From Treponemataceae bacterium (GTDB lineage Bacteria; Spirochaetota; Spirochaetia; Treponematales; Rectinemataceae), in assembly GCA_963678065.2 (NCBI GenBank), contig CAXXVZ010000003.1:1440001-1504000 (forward strand): DNA of 64,000 nucleotides, given 5' to 3'. Below the pieces are notes generated by a model that saw nothing but the letters and a program-made list of their open reading frames with translations, ran no database searches and was not told the origin of the DNA. The position numbers were made by a program, and so were the translations under genes. Below are positions 9,730-19,709 of this stretch, piece by piece. Positions within the stretch are counted from its first letter, which is position 1, and each line of letters starts with the position of its first letter.

Positions 9730-10657
9730 AGAAAGCGGGCGCAGGCTTCCATTCCTGCGGCGGAAGACCCGCATCCGTCACAAGAGGAAGATGAGCGACA
9801 ACATCGCGGGCTACCTCTTCATCCTCCCCAACCTCACGGGATTCCTCGTGTTCACCATCTTCGCCATCGGATTCTCCTTTTACATGAGCTTCACCGACTG
9901 GAGCATCATCAAGCAGTTCAAGAACATAAAGTTCGTGGGCTTCAGCAACTACGCGAATCTCCTGCACGACACCTGGTTCCATGCATCGCTCGTCAACAAT
10001 CTCTGGTTCCTCCTTGTCATTCCGATCGAGATATTCTTCGCTATGGTCTTCGCCTTCATCCTGAACGACAAGGTGTTCTGCAAAAACGTCTTCCGCACCA
10101 TCCTCTACCTTCCGAACATAACGAGCGTCGTCGCGATATCTGTTATCTGGTTCACCCTCTTCAACCCCCGCTCGGGTCCCGTCAACGAAGTGCTGCGCAG
10201 AATCGGAATAGAGAATCCCCCGCAGTGGCTGTCGAGCACGACATGGGCGAAACCCACGATCGGCCTCCTCTGGATCTGGAAAACCGTCGGCTACTACACC
10301 CTCCTCTACCTGGCCGCCCTCCAGAGCATTCCGAGGCAGCTCTACGAGGCCGCGACGGTCGACGGCGCCTCCCTCGTCCAGCAGTTTTTCAAGATCACGA
10401 TGCCTCTCCTCTCTCCAACCACCTTCATGCTCACCATCCTCTCCTTGATGACCATCTTCCAGGACTGGTCCCTCATACAGATCATGACGGAAGGGGGGCC
10501 GGGAACCTCGACCTACACTATCGGGTATTACATCTACTACGCGGCCTTCAGGAAAATGAAGATGGGATACGCTTCGAGCATCGCCTGGGTGCTCCTCGTC
10601 TTCATCATGGTCTTCACCTTCGTCCGGTTCCGCGTCGAAAAATCCAGGGACTACTGA
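9719..10657 (+). CDS. Carbohydrate ABC transporter permease (CUT1)
   Basis: FVGFSNY, LYEAATVDGA EAA loop, GGPG, MGYASS; multiple hydrophobic segments. Confidence 0.92.
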   Translation: MADKESGRRLPFLRRKTRIRHKRKMSDNIAGYLFILPNLTGFLVFTIFAIGFSFYMSFTDWSIIKQFKNIKFVGFSNYANLLHDTWFHASLVNNLWFLLVIPIEIFFAMVFAFILNDKVFCKNVFRTILYLPNITSVVAISVIWFTLFNPRSGPVNEVLRRIGIENPPQWLSSTTWAKPTIGLLWIWKTVGYYTLLYLAALQSIPRQLYEAATVDGASLVQQFFKITMPLLSPTTFMLTILSLMTIFQDWSLIQIMTEGGPGTSTYTIGYYIYYAAFRKMKMGYASSIAWVLLVFIMVFTFVRFRVEKSRDY

Positions 10658-10667
10658 AGAGGCAGGC

Positions 10668-11594
10668 ATGAAGGAACCCACACTGAAAACGACCGCGGCT
10701 GACAGTCCGGACCCGAAACGAAGCTCGGGCGGAACGAAGAAAACTGCTGGGGCAAAAGACTACCGGGTGCTCAAGCTCGCGCAGAAAACCTTCCTCACAC
10801 TTTTTATGACTCTGGCGGCGGCGACGATGCTCCTCCCCTTCCTCTGGATGATTTCGAGCTCGTTCAAGGATTCCGTCACGATGTTCAAGTTTCCCATCGA
10901 GTGGATACCGAAGGAATTCAACTTCTCCGGCTATCTGCAAGTCTGGAACGGGGACGCCGATTTCCTCCTGTTCTTCCTCAATTCCATCAAGATCACCGTG
11001 ATCGCGGTGATCGGCACGGTGATCTCCTGCTCCATGGGAGGATACGCCTACGCCAAGATCGACTTCGCGGGCCGCGACGCGATCTTCCTCGCAAAGCTCT
11101 CCACGATGATGATTCCCTCGCAGCTCACGATGCTGCCGACCTTCATGGTCTTCAAGTGGCTCGGCCTCATCAACACCCACGTCGCTATCTGGCTTCCATT
11201 CTGCCTCGGGCAGCCCTTCGGCACCTTCCTCATGCGGCAGTATTTCCAGAAGATTCCGGACGAGCTCATCGATTCTGCGCGGATCGACGGCGCCGGGCAT
11301 TTCCGGACATTCCGCTCGATCGTCCTTCCGAATGTCCGCGCGGGACTCTCCGTCCTCATCTTCCTGTACTTCGTCTGGGCATGGAATTTCTACGAAGGGC
11401 CGCTCCTCTACATCCGCTCGGTCAAGCTCTACACCCTGCCCCTGGCTCTGAAATTTTTCTCGGATGAATTCAGCACCAATTATACGACCATCATGGCCGC
11501 GAGCGTCTCGATGACGCTGCCTGTCATAGCGATATTCATCGGCCTGCAGAGGTTCTTTATCGAGGATCTAACTTCAACGGGGTTGAAGGGATAG
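10668..11594 (+). CDS. Carbohydrate ABC transporter permease (CUT1)
   Basis: PFLWMISSSFK, IPDELIDSARIDGA EAA loop, QRFFIE..GLKG end. Confidence 0.92.
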   Translation: MKEPTLKTTAADSPDPKRSSGGTKKTAGAKDYRVLKLAQKTFLTLFMTLAAATMLLPFLWMISSSFKDSVTMFKFPIEWIPKEFNFSGYLQVWNGDADFLLFFLNSIKITVIAVIGTVISCSMGGYAYAKIDFAGRDAIFLAKLSTMMIPSQLTMLPTFMVFKWLGLINTHVAIWLPFCLGQPFGTFLMRQYFQKIPDELIDSARIDGAGHFRTFRSIVLPNVRAGLSVLIFLYFVWAWNFYEGPLLYIRSVKLYTLPLALKFFSDEFSTNYTTIMAASVSMTLPVIAIFIGLQRFFIEDLTSTGLKG

Positions 11595-11620
11595 ATACAG
11601 TCTCACAAGGAGGTTCCCTC

Positions 11621-12994
11621 ATGAAAATGCCGCGTGCATTGCTTCTCTCTGTGCTGATCCTGGCGACAGTCTGTTCTGCGTTCGCGCAGAAGGCCGTCAC
11701 CTCGCCGGCGAAAGAAAAAATTGTCTGGGTCGCCTATGGCTATCTCGCCCAGAACAAGGCGGACAGGATCATCGCGGATTTCACCGCGAAGTATCCCCAG
11801 TACGAAGTCCAGTATGTGGATCTGGGGAACAAGGATTACCTGATGCGCCTCGACACGATGGTCACCTCGGGCGAGCGCGTCGACATGGCCCTCGCCATGG
11901 ACTCGATCGAGTACACGAACCGCGCCAAGGAAGGCATGTTCCTGCCTATCGACAAACTCGTGACCGAGGACGGATTCAATCTCAAGGACGCCTTCGGCGA
12001 CGGGCTCCAGCCCTCGTACATCAACGGCAAGCTCTACGGCCTGCCCTACACCAAGGGCGGATTCTACGTCTTCTACAACAAGGACATGTTCGATGCCGCC
12101 GGGCTCAAGTACCCGACCGACAACTGGACTTGGGACGACTTCGAGAAGACCGCCAAGTCCCTGACCACGGGAGCCGGAGCGAAAAAAATCTACGGCGCCA
12201 ACATCCACATGACCTGGGGCTACGACCTCGACACCCTCCCGGCCCAGATGGCCGGATGGTTCCCCTTCAAAGACGAGAAGCAGACTGTCCCGAACATGGA
12301 CGATCCCAGGCTCGCGAATGCCCTCGCGCTGTGGAACCGCCTGCAGAACGTCGACAAGACAGCCATCAGCCTCTCGACCTTCAAGGCCGAGCAGATCGCC
12401 TCCCGCATGCCCTTCGCCAAGGGACAGGCCGCGATGCTCCTCTCCAACTGGTGGACAGCCAGTTGGTTCATCAGCTCCAAGTTCGGCTCCGCCGAAGGCA
12501 GCTCCCTTCTCAACTTCAAACTCGGCGTCGCGAACATCCCCAGGCCCGACAAAAACGTGCCGAATAATCTGAACGCGACCGACCTCGACTACTACTTCAC
12601 CGTGCCGAACACCGCCAAGAATCCCAAGGGCGGAGCGCTGCTCGCCAGGTTCATCATCACGGACATGTGGTCCAAGCTCGGAACCCTCTCGTCCTACCGC
12701 AAGCAGGATCTCAAACTGTTCAAGGAAAGCTTCGGAACCTATGTCGACACGAACGGCAAGGTCTTCGACATGAACTATCCGGACGAGATCGTCGAAAAAG
12801 TGATGGGCAACTGGACCGTGCCGATCAACATCCAGTACAAGAACCCCAGGATCGTCAATCCGGTCGGGCTCGCCGTCCTCAAAGACATCTTCAACCAGGA
12901 GAGAGAGCTGTATTACCTGGGTGAGCAGGATCTCGCGAAGACTGTCTCCAGAATGCAGTCCCGCGCCCTCGCGGAAATGAAATCAACCAAGTAA
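11621..12994 (+). CDS. Carbohydrate ABC transporter substrate-binding protein
   Basis: Signal peptide ending AFA, GKLYGLP, YNKDMFDAAGL..P...WTWDDF. Confidence 0.9.
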   Translation: MKMPRALLLSVLILATVCSAFAQKAVTSPAKEKIVWVAYGYLAQNKADRIIADFTAKYPQYEVQYVDLGNKDYLMRLDTMVTSGERVDMALAMDSIEYTNRAKEGMFLPIDKLVTEDGFNLKDAFGDGLQPSYINGKLYGLPYTKGGFYVFYNKDMFDAAGLKYPTDNWTWDDFEKTAKSLTTGAGAKKIYGANIHMTWGYDLDTLPAQMAGWFPFKDEKQTVPNMDDPRLANALALWNRLQNVDKTAISLSTFKAEQIASRMPFAKGQAAMLLSNWWTASWFISSKFGSAEGSSLLNFKLGVANIPRPDKNVPNNLNATDLDYYFTVPNTAKNPKGGALLARFIITDMWSKLGTLSSYRKQDLKLFKESFGTYVDTNGKVFDMNYPDEIVEKVMGNWTVPINIQYKNPRIVNPVGLAVLKDIFNQERELYYLGEQDLAKTVSRMQSRALAEMKSTK

Positions 12995-13100
12995 AGCAAA
13001 TTATTGTCTGTTTCCCGCGAAAGGCGGACGGTACGCACGGCGAAACGCCAAGCGATGTGCGCCCGTCTTCGCGGGGAGCGACAGACAGAATGGAGAACCG

Positions 13101-14213
13101 ATGCCCGCGATGAAAGTCCTGGAAAACAGACAGGTATTCAAGAACGATCAGTACAACACCTTCCCCAGCCTCGCCCGTATGCGCGACGGGAGAATCATCC
13201 TGGTCTTCCGCCAGGCGGAGAACAGCCTCGCGCGCTACGGGGCCGTCACCCACGTCGACCCATCCTCCCGGGTCGTTTCGATGATCTCGGACGACGAGGG
13301 ACAGAGCTGGGGCCCCGTGACGGAGGTCTACAACGACGAGATGGGCGAACAGGATCCCTGCATAAGCTGCCTGTCGGACGGGACCCTCATCTGCACCTTC
13401 TTCCGGTGGAAGGTCGTCCCCATCGCCGAAAAGGAATCGCTCGGTCCCTCATACGCGTACTGCGGGCGCGACATCTTCGGCATCTGGTCGGCCGTCCATG
13501 TCGGCACCTCCTGCATGCGCTCCCTCGACGACGGAGCCAGCTGGGAGGGCCCCTGGCAGATTGCGCCGACGGGATTCGAGGCCCCGATGGCGCTGCGCGG
13601 CAACATCGTGGAGCTGCCCGGCGGAAGGCTCCTCGCCCCCCTCTACGGCGGCAGGCGCTTCGGCGAACTCTCCCGCTGCCTCGTCATGGGCTCCGACGAC
13701 AGGGGACAGAGCTGGGCGCCGGTCGGAGAAGTCCCCGGCGACCCGGAGCATCACTACCTCGAACCCTTCCTGTACCGGGCTCCCTCGGGCAGGCTCGACA
13801 TCCTCATGCGGACCCAGACCGACTTCAAAAAATTTCCCTTCGACGAAACCTACCGCAACCTCCACGTCGCGAGTTCGGGCGACGACGGAGTGACCTGGAC
13901 GAAGCCTGAGGCCGCCGGGCTCTTCTGCCCGAATCCGGCCCACGTACTTCCGCTTCCGGGCGGCAGGATTCTTCTGTCCTACGGACAGCGCAGGGCTCCC
14001 AAGGGAATCGAGTACCTCGTCACCGACGCCGAGAATCCCGAGTATCGGGACGAGCTCGCCAGCTACGCGCGGTACGCTGTGGACGGCGATCTCGGCTACA
14101 CGAGCGCCGTCCTCCTCGCCGACGGCGACGTCATGATAGTGTATTACGTCACGGATGAAGATTCCGGGACGAGCATAGGCGCAACCATACTGAGAGAGGA
14201 CAACAATGCGTAA
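13101..14213 (+). CDS. Asp-box (BNR) beta-propeller, sialidase-like, no signal peptide
   Basis: Four Asp-boxes (SDDEGQSW, SLDDGASW, SDDRGQSW, SGDDGVTW) and DLGY near the C-terminus; canonical RIP motif not seen. Confidence 0.8.
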   Translation: MPAMKVLENRQVFKNDQYNTFPSLARMRDGRIILVFRQAENSLARYGAVTHVDPSSRVVSMISDDEGQSWGPVTEVYNDEMGEQDPCISCLSDGTLICTFFRWKVVPIAEKESLGPSYAYCGRDIFGIWSAVHVGTSCMRSLDDGASWEGPWQIAPTGFEAPMALRGNIVELPGGRLLAPLYGGRRFGELSRCLVMGSDDRGQSWAPVGEVPGDPEHHYLEPFLYRAPSGRLDILMRTQTDFKKFPFDETYRNLHVASSGDDGVTWTKPEAAGLFCPNPAHVLPLPGGRILLSYGQRRAPKGIEYLVTDAENPEYRDELASYARYAVDGDLGYTSAVLLADGDVMIVYYVTDEDSGTSIGATILREDNNA

Positions 14214-15120
14214 ATTGGCCGATTTCGCGGGGGTGTATCCCGCCCTGGTCTCACCCGTCGACTCGCGCGGGAAAGTCGACGAAGCGGCCCTGCGCGGTCT
14301 CGTGAGCTGGCTGGGCGGAACTGGCATCGACGGCCTCTACGTCTGCGGAGGAACGGGAGAAGGGCTTCTCCTTCCGGTGCAGACTCGCAAGCGCATTCTC
14401 GAAATCGTGAAAGACGAGGCGAAATCCGTCACGGGGAACAAGGCGCTCCGGATCATCGCGCACATCGGAGCCGTGGAGAGCGCGTACATCGCCGAACTGG
14501 CAGGCCACGCCGCGTCCCTCGGCGTCGACGCGGTTTCCGCGATTCCACCGATCTATTTTTCCTACACGAAGGATGACATCGTCCGCTACTACGAGTGGCT
14601 GTCCGGAATCTGCGAAGTGCCCCTCATCATCTATGCGTCGGCACAGGCGGGAGTCACGTTCACCGCCGATATGCTGAAGACGCTCGCCGAGCAGCCCATG
14701 CTCCGCGGCATCAAATTCACGGGCTACGACTTCTACTCCCTCATGCAGATGCGCGCTGCCGTGAGCGAGGATTTCACCATACTCAACGGTGGCGACGAAG
14801 TGCTGCTCTATGGAATGATGGCGGGAGCGGACGGAGGAATCGGGGCCACCTACAACATCATGCCCAGGCAATTCTGCGAGCTGTACCGGGCCTTCCGGGA
14901 CAGCGATATGGTCCTCGCGCGGCGGATCCAGGAAAAGATCAACGCCGTCGTCAGGGAAATCGTCCGGTATCCAGTGTTCGGCTCCGTCAAGGCGACGCTC
15001 GGCTTCATCGGCCACGAGGCCGGAGACCCGATCTTCCCGAACAGGACTCTGACGGAGACGGAAAAGGGCTCTCTGCGCAGAGGCCTCGCGGCCATCGGCT
15101 ATCCAGGAGATTACCTATGA
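14206..15120 (+). CDS. N-acetylneuraminate lyase-like class I aldolase (DapA/NanA family)
   Basis: LYVCGGTGE, SAIPPIYF, IKFT lysine, G.DE..L.G, GGIGATYN, all NanA-like. Confidence 0.8.
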   Translation: MRKLADFAGVYPALVSPVDSRGKVDEAALRGLVSWLGGTGIDGLYVCGGTGEGLLLPVQTRKRILEIVKDEAKSVTGNKALRIIAHIGAVESAYIAELAGHAASLGVDAVSAIPPIYFSYTKDDIVRYYEWLSGICEVPLIIYASAQAGVTFTADMLKTLAEQPMLRGIKFTGYDFYSLMQMRAAVSEDFTILNGGDEVLLYGMMAGADGGIGATYNIMPRQFCELYRAFRDSDMVLARRIQEKINAVVREIVRYPVFGSVKATLGFIGHEAGDPIFPNRTLTETEKGSLRRGLAAIGYPGDYL

Positions 15121-16865
15121 AAATCGCGGGGGAAGTCGAAGGAAACGGCTCTGTCGTCGTCATGCTGCACGACAGCGCTCCGTCCGCTCTTCTCATACTG
15201 GAAAAAACCTTGTTCTCGTCGTTCCGGCATCTGGGAATTCCGTTCTGCGTGGTCTCGGTCGGGGAAGACCTGACCGACGCCCTCTTCGAGGAGTTGATCC
15301 TGCGGCATCCTGCCCTCGTCTTTCCCCAGTCGGGCACCTGCGGGAGGCTCTCCTCGTCGAGGCTCTCCAACCTCGTCCGGGCGCACGAGGCCGGCCTCGG
15401 CCTTATTCTCTACGAACCCCGGACCGGACTGCTCCCGGGGCTCATCCGGGACCTGTTCTCTCTCGACAAAGAAACTCCCGAGCCGGTCGGAAGCTTCGGC
15501 ACCGTCACGGTGGAGGACAATAGTCACTACATCACCTGGCTCAAAGGCTCAGGCGAAGAGTTGCGCTCCGATTCACCTGCCGAATACTCGATCGTCGACG
15601 GCGGGCGCCCCGAAGGTAAGCTCCTTCGCAGCGAAGGCGGCCACAGTCTCATGCTCCTCTCCTCGCGCCGCTCGGGCCGCGCCGTCCTCTTCCCCTTCTC
15701 CATCGAACTCTACACTATGGAATATCTCGGCCACGCCTGCGGGCTGGACGACGTGTTCTCGCGGAGCCTCGTCTGGTCGGCGCGCAAGCCCTTCTTCACG
15801 TGGAGCATGCCCCCGGTGGCGGGCCTCGTCATCGACGACTGCTCCGGATCCTACGACCACTTCGGCTACCTCGATACGCTGAACGGCCACGGATGGAGCC
15901 CCTACCTCTCGCTCTTCACCGACACGATCGATGAGATCGCCCACGAAGATCTGGGGCTGGATTCGCTGCGGCTCAAGCGCGGCTGGGAGGAGGAAAGCCT
16001 CGAAATCGGCTTCCATGCGCTGCGCTACAACGAATCCTTCTGCTTCGACCACCTCGGACGGCGTCCCTTGAACCGCGAGGAGCTCGACGACAGGTTCGCG
16101 CGCTGGGATCACTACCTCGCGAAGTGGAAGGTCCGGCACAGTCCCTGGCTGCATCCGCACTTCGGCGAGATAAGCTCGGCTTCCATTCCGTACTACCGCG
16201 AGCGGGGGATCGAGTTCGTCACCTACCTTCTCCCCCTCGACGCCGCGTGGTTCGATGTGCCCGCCACGATACCGCACATCTCTCCCCAGCCTCCCTACGG
16301 CCACAACGGATACTACATCAATGAGCTGCCGGGCTTCCCCGACCTTTTGGCCTTCAACTGTGTTCTCGACCGGAAAACGAGGATGAGCTCCGACTATGTC
16401 GTGAAAACCGATTATCTCTGGGGAAATACCTGTTTCTGGAGCGAATCGGAGTTCATCGACATCGGAGCGGCCTCCCGGACGCTCGCGGATCAGATAAAGC
16501 GGGGACTGGATTCCGGATTCTACGGAGAGGGCGCCACGCACGAACAGAGAATAGCCTGCCTCCGGAAAGGAGAAATCCGGGAAATTTTCGAGGAGACAGA
16601 CCGTCTCCTCGCGCGGCACAATCCGGAACGACGCCGCTTGGGCGAGATCATGGCCATCGAAAAGAAGCGGCGGAACAGCCGCCTCGTCGCGGTGGACCTG
16701 AACGCCTCCGGGACCTCCCTGCGCTACTCGTTCTCGGCCGAAGACGCGGTCGGAACGGAGTGTCAGATTCATACGGAAGGTCCGGAGGGCTGGCCGCGCA
16801 CGCACCGCCACGCGGTTGCGGGCAGGCAGGCTTCGCTCGCCCTACCCCGGACGACAGGGAACTGA
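15117..16865 (+). CDS. Hypothetical protein (~582 aa), possible metal-dependent hydrolase domain
   Basis: ATGA overlap with upstream gene, GGAG SD; IDD...FH...PHFGE pattern; no family recognised with confidence. Confidence 0.7.
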   Translation: MKIAGEVEGNGSVVVMLHDSAPSALLILEKTLFSSFRHLGIPFCVVSVGEDLTDALFEELILRHPALVFPQSGTCGRLSSSRLSNLVRAHEAGLGLILYEPRTGLLPGLIRDLFSLDKETPEPVGSFGTVTVEDNSHYITWLKGSGEELRSDSPAEYSIVDGGRPEGKLLRSEGGHSLMLLSSRRSGRAVLFPFSIELYTMEYLGHACGLDDVFSRSLVWSARKPFFTWSMPPVAGLVIDDCSGSYDHFGYLDTLNGHGWSPYLSLFTDTIDEIAHEDLGLDSLRLKRGWEEESLEIGFHALRYNESFCFDHLGRRPLNREELDDRFARWDHYLAKWKVRHSPWLHPHFGEISSASIPYYRERGIEFVTYLLPLDAAWFDVPATIPHISPQPPYGHNGYYINELPGFPDLLAFNCVLDRKTRMSSDYVVKTDYLWGNTCFWSESEFIDIGAASRTLADQIKRGLDSGFYGEGATHEQRIACLRKGEIREIFEETDRLLARHNPERRRLGEIMAIEKKRRNSRLVAVDLNASGTSLRYSFSAEDAVGTECQIHTEGPEGWPRTHRHAVAGRQASLALPRTTGN

Positions 16866-16871
16866 AAATCG

Positions 16872-17984
16872 ATGCCGGCACCATCATCGTCGCAAGTCTG
16901 CGCGCTCAAGGACCTGAAGATTCTCGACGGCATACGGAAGGTCTTCTTCACGACGACGGGACTGGCCATCTCTTTCCATTATCCGGGCGGAGACGATTAC
17001 GATTTCTACCCCATCGTCGAGAAAAACCCCTACTGCGAGGCCATCCAGTGCAGCCGCGAGGGTATGGCCCGCTGCCTCAAGAGCGACCAGGATGCCCTCG
17101 TTTCGGCGCGAACGCAGGGCAAGCCTTTCATCTACACCTGCCACGCCGGGCTCCTCAACGTCGTCATCCCCCTCATTTACAAAGGGCGCGATCTGGGAGC
17201 CCTCTTCATCGGGCAGCTGTTCACGCGCAGACAGGATGAATCCGACTTCGATCCGATTTTCCGCGGACTGGAAGCCCTCGGGCTGAAACGGGATGAGCTC
17301 TTCGAATCGTTCAAAAAAGTGAAGGTTTTCGACCACAGGGAGCTGATGCTGGCCATAGACCTCCTTTCTCTCATGTCCAACTACATCATTTCCGTCGAGG
17401 ACGAGATGTACCTGCAATCCGAGCTGTATGAAAAGGAGAAGGAGATACTGCGCTACGAGAATACGCAGATGCAGCTGAAGAACGACCTGCAGAAACTGAG
17501 CATCCGCATCCTCGAAGACAAGATGCAGATAAACTCGGAACAGAATCCCGCGAGATCCGGAAGCGCTCAGAAACGGGCCATCGTCATCCGCGCACAGGAA
17601 TTCATCGAGGAGAATTACGACAGGGACATTTCGCTCTCCGATGTCGCGCGCGCGGTCTACCTCTCGCCGAATTATTTCAGCATGGTTTTCAAGGAGTTCA
17701 CCTGCGACAGTTTCAGCGATTATCTCAACGAGGTGCGCATCCGGAAGGGTAAGGAGTTGCTGCGCGACACGGAACTCCCGATCAAGCACATCGTCGCGCG
17801 CGTGGGATTCAAGGACTACAACTATTTCAACCGGACTTTCAGGAAGTTGGTGGGCATCCCGCCCGGCCTCTACAGAGATTCAGTATCGGCCGCGGCGCAG
17901 GCCTCGCCTCCGGCGGCCGCGAGGGAGGCCGAGGGCGAGCCGCGACCGGGCGGTGGGGATTCCCCCGAAGGAGAACGATCATGA
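16872..17984 (+). CDS. PocR-sensor plus AraC-family transcriptional regulator
   Basis: N-terminal F...TGL, YCEAIQ...C..SD, YTCHAGL...IPL, GQ (PocR); C-terminal [23 protein letters not shown] (AraC). Confidence 0.88.
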   Translation: MPAPSSSQVCALKDLKILDGIRKVFFTTTGLAISFHYPGGDDYDFYPIVEKNPYCEAIQCSREGMARCLKSDQDALVSARTQGKPFIYTCHAGLLNVVIPLIYKGRDLGALFIGQLFTRRQDESDFDPIFRGLEALGLKRDELFESFKKVKVFDHRELMLAIDLLSLMSNYIISVEDEMYLQSELYEKEKEILRYENTQMQLKNDLQKLSIRILEDKMQINSEQNPARSGSAQKRAIVIRAQEFIEENYDRDISLSDVARAVYLSPNYFSMVFKEFTCDSFSDYLNEVRIRKGKELLRDTELPIKHIVARVGFKDYNYFNRTFRKLVGIPPGLYRDSVSAAAQASPPAAAREAEGEPRPGGGDSPEGERS

Positions 17985-18913
17985 GAAAACGGAGTGCCAT
18001 CGCGAAAGAGTGGTGGGATTATACGACACTGGACGACGGGATACTGAACGACGCGGCGCGGTTGAGCGCTGAGGATCTCGGGCAGCTGTCGCGGCCCGGA
18101 TTCACGGTGCGGATCTACGATACCCGCGAGGATTTCTTCCTCGCGGAAGCCCTGGAATATATCGAAGCCTGGCGGGCGGCGACTCCTTCCAGACCTGCGG
18201 GAATATGCGGTCCCATCGGCCCGACCGAGCAATTGCCCCTCGTGGCCCGCCTCGTCAACGAGTTGGGGATCAAGCTCGACAATTGCCATTTCTGGGGCAT
18301 GGATGAGTGGGTCGACGCGGATGGCCGCTCGGTCGGCCCCGATTTTCCCCTCGGCTTCGCGAAGGCCGACATGGATCTCTGCTTCGGCAGGATTCGCCCG
18401 GAATTGGCGATGCCGCGTGAGAACCTCCATTTCCCGAGCACGTCGGGGCTCGCGGCCTACTCCGGGAGCTTCGATACGTTCAGATGCGCGCTCATGCAGG
18501 GAGGTCAGGGCGAGATCAAGCACTGGGCCTTCAACGACCCGGTCCGCCGCGAAGGAGCCTACGCCGACGAGCCCCCGACGCCGGCCGAGTACCGCAGACT
18601 CGGGGCCAGGATGGTGGAGCTTCACCCCGCGACGATCCTCCAGAACGCGAGGACTTCAGGCGGCGGCGTAGTCTCCGCCATTCCCGGAAGGGCACTCTCC
18701 GTCGGCCCGCGCGAGACCTGGAAGGCCGAGACTGTTTCGATCTGGCATCCCGGCTGGCACGACAATCCCTTCGGTCAGCGCCTCACCGCCTTCATGATTT
18801 CCAAGCGCATCCCCGATTCGTCGGTGCCCATGTCGCTCCTGGCCGACCACCCCGATGTCCGCTTCAATTATCTGCGAAGCGGAATCGGCAGCTGCGCCGT
18901 CGAGATGCACTGA
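17981..18913 (+). CDS. Divergent NagB/glucosamine-6-phosphate isomerase-like protein
   Basis: [21 protein letters not shown] (compare NagB GIGxxGHxxFNEP), VPMSLL..HP. Confidence 0.75.
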   Translation: MRKRSAIAKEWWDYTTLDDGILNDAARLSAEDLGQLSRPGFTVRIYDTREDFFLAEALEYIEAWRAATPSRPAGICGPIGPTEQLPLVARLVNELGIKLDNCHFWGMDEWVDADGRSVGPDFPLGFAKADMDLCFGRIRPELAMPRENLHFPSTSGLAAYSGSFDTFRCALMQGGQGEIKHWAFNDPVRREGAYADEPPTPAEYRRLGARMVELHPATILQNARTSGGGVVSAIPGRALSVGPRETWKAETVSIWHPGWHDNPFGQRLTAFMISKRIPDSSVPMSLLADHPDVRFNYLRSGIGSCAVEMH

Positions 18914-18926
18914 GGATGGGCAGGAA

Positions 18927-19709
18927 ATGAGCTGCACGGTATTCGCGATAGGCTGCCATCCGGACGACATCGAATTCATGATGTCCGGCACACTCTTCCT
19001 CCTGAAAGAGGTGGGATGCGAGCTGCACACCATGAACCTCGCGAACGGGTGCTGCGGCTCGACCAGATACTCCGCGGAGGAAACCGCGACGACCCGTTCC
19101 CGGGAAGCCGCCGCCGCTGCCGCGTATCTCGAATCGACGCACCATCCGAGTCTCGCCGGCGATCTCGAGGTCTTCTACGAGGATGCACTGATCCGCCGCG
19201 TCGCCGCTGTCGTACGGGAGGTCGCCCCCGACATTCTCCTCCTGCCCTCCCTCGAGGACTACATGGAAGACCACATGAACACGGCGCGCGTAGCGGTCAC
19301 CGCGGCCTTCTGCAGAGGCATGCCCAATTACCGGACCGATCCGGAGCGGAGCATCGTCGAAAAGGATGTCGCGGTGTACCACGCTCTCCCGCACGGGCTT
19401 CGCGACGGAATGGGCAGAATTGTGCGCGCCTCGTCGTACGTGAACATCGATCCGGTGATCGGACTGAAAAAAAGGATGCTCTCCTTCCACGAGAGTCAAA
19501 AGGACTGGCTGGACGAAAGCCAGGGGATGGATTCCTACCTGGAAAGCATGGTTCTGATGGCGCGCGAGGTCGGAATCATGAGCGGAAAATTCACGTACGC
19601 CGAGGGATGGCGCCCACACAACCACCTCGGTCTCTGCTCCGCCGGCTACGATCCCCTGGGAGCTGTGCTTTCTGGATCGATCTACTCCGCGGGAGGACGA
19701 CATGGATAA
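18927..19709 (+). CDS. PIG-L/LmbE-family N-deacetylase
   Basis: HPDDIE, R..EA..AA, DH, H.SQ and AEG motifs. Confidence 0.9.
   Translation: MSCTVFAIGCHPDDIEFMMSGTLFLLKEVGCELHTMNLANGCCGSTRYSAEETATTRSREAAAAAAYLESTHHPSLAGDLEVFYEDALIRRVAAVVREVAPDILLLPSLEDYMEDHMNTARVAVTAAFCRGMPNYRTDPERSIVEKDVAVYHALPHGLRDGMGRIVRASSYVNIDPVIGLKKRMLSFHESQKDWLDESQGMDSYLESMVLMAREVGIMSGKFTYAEGWRPHNHLGLCSAGYDPLGAVLSGSIYSAGGRHG

Noticed and set aside
13101..14213. Definite sialidase (nanH) call
   Set aside because: Asp-boxes are present but the RIP motif and a signal peptide are not; only the fold is supported.
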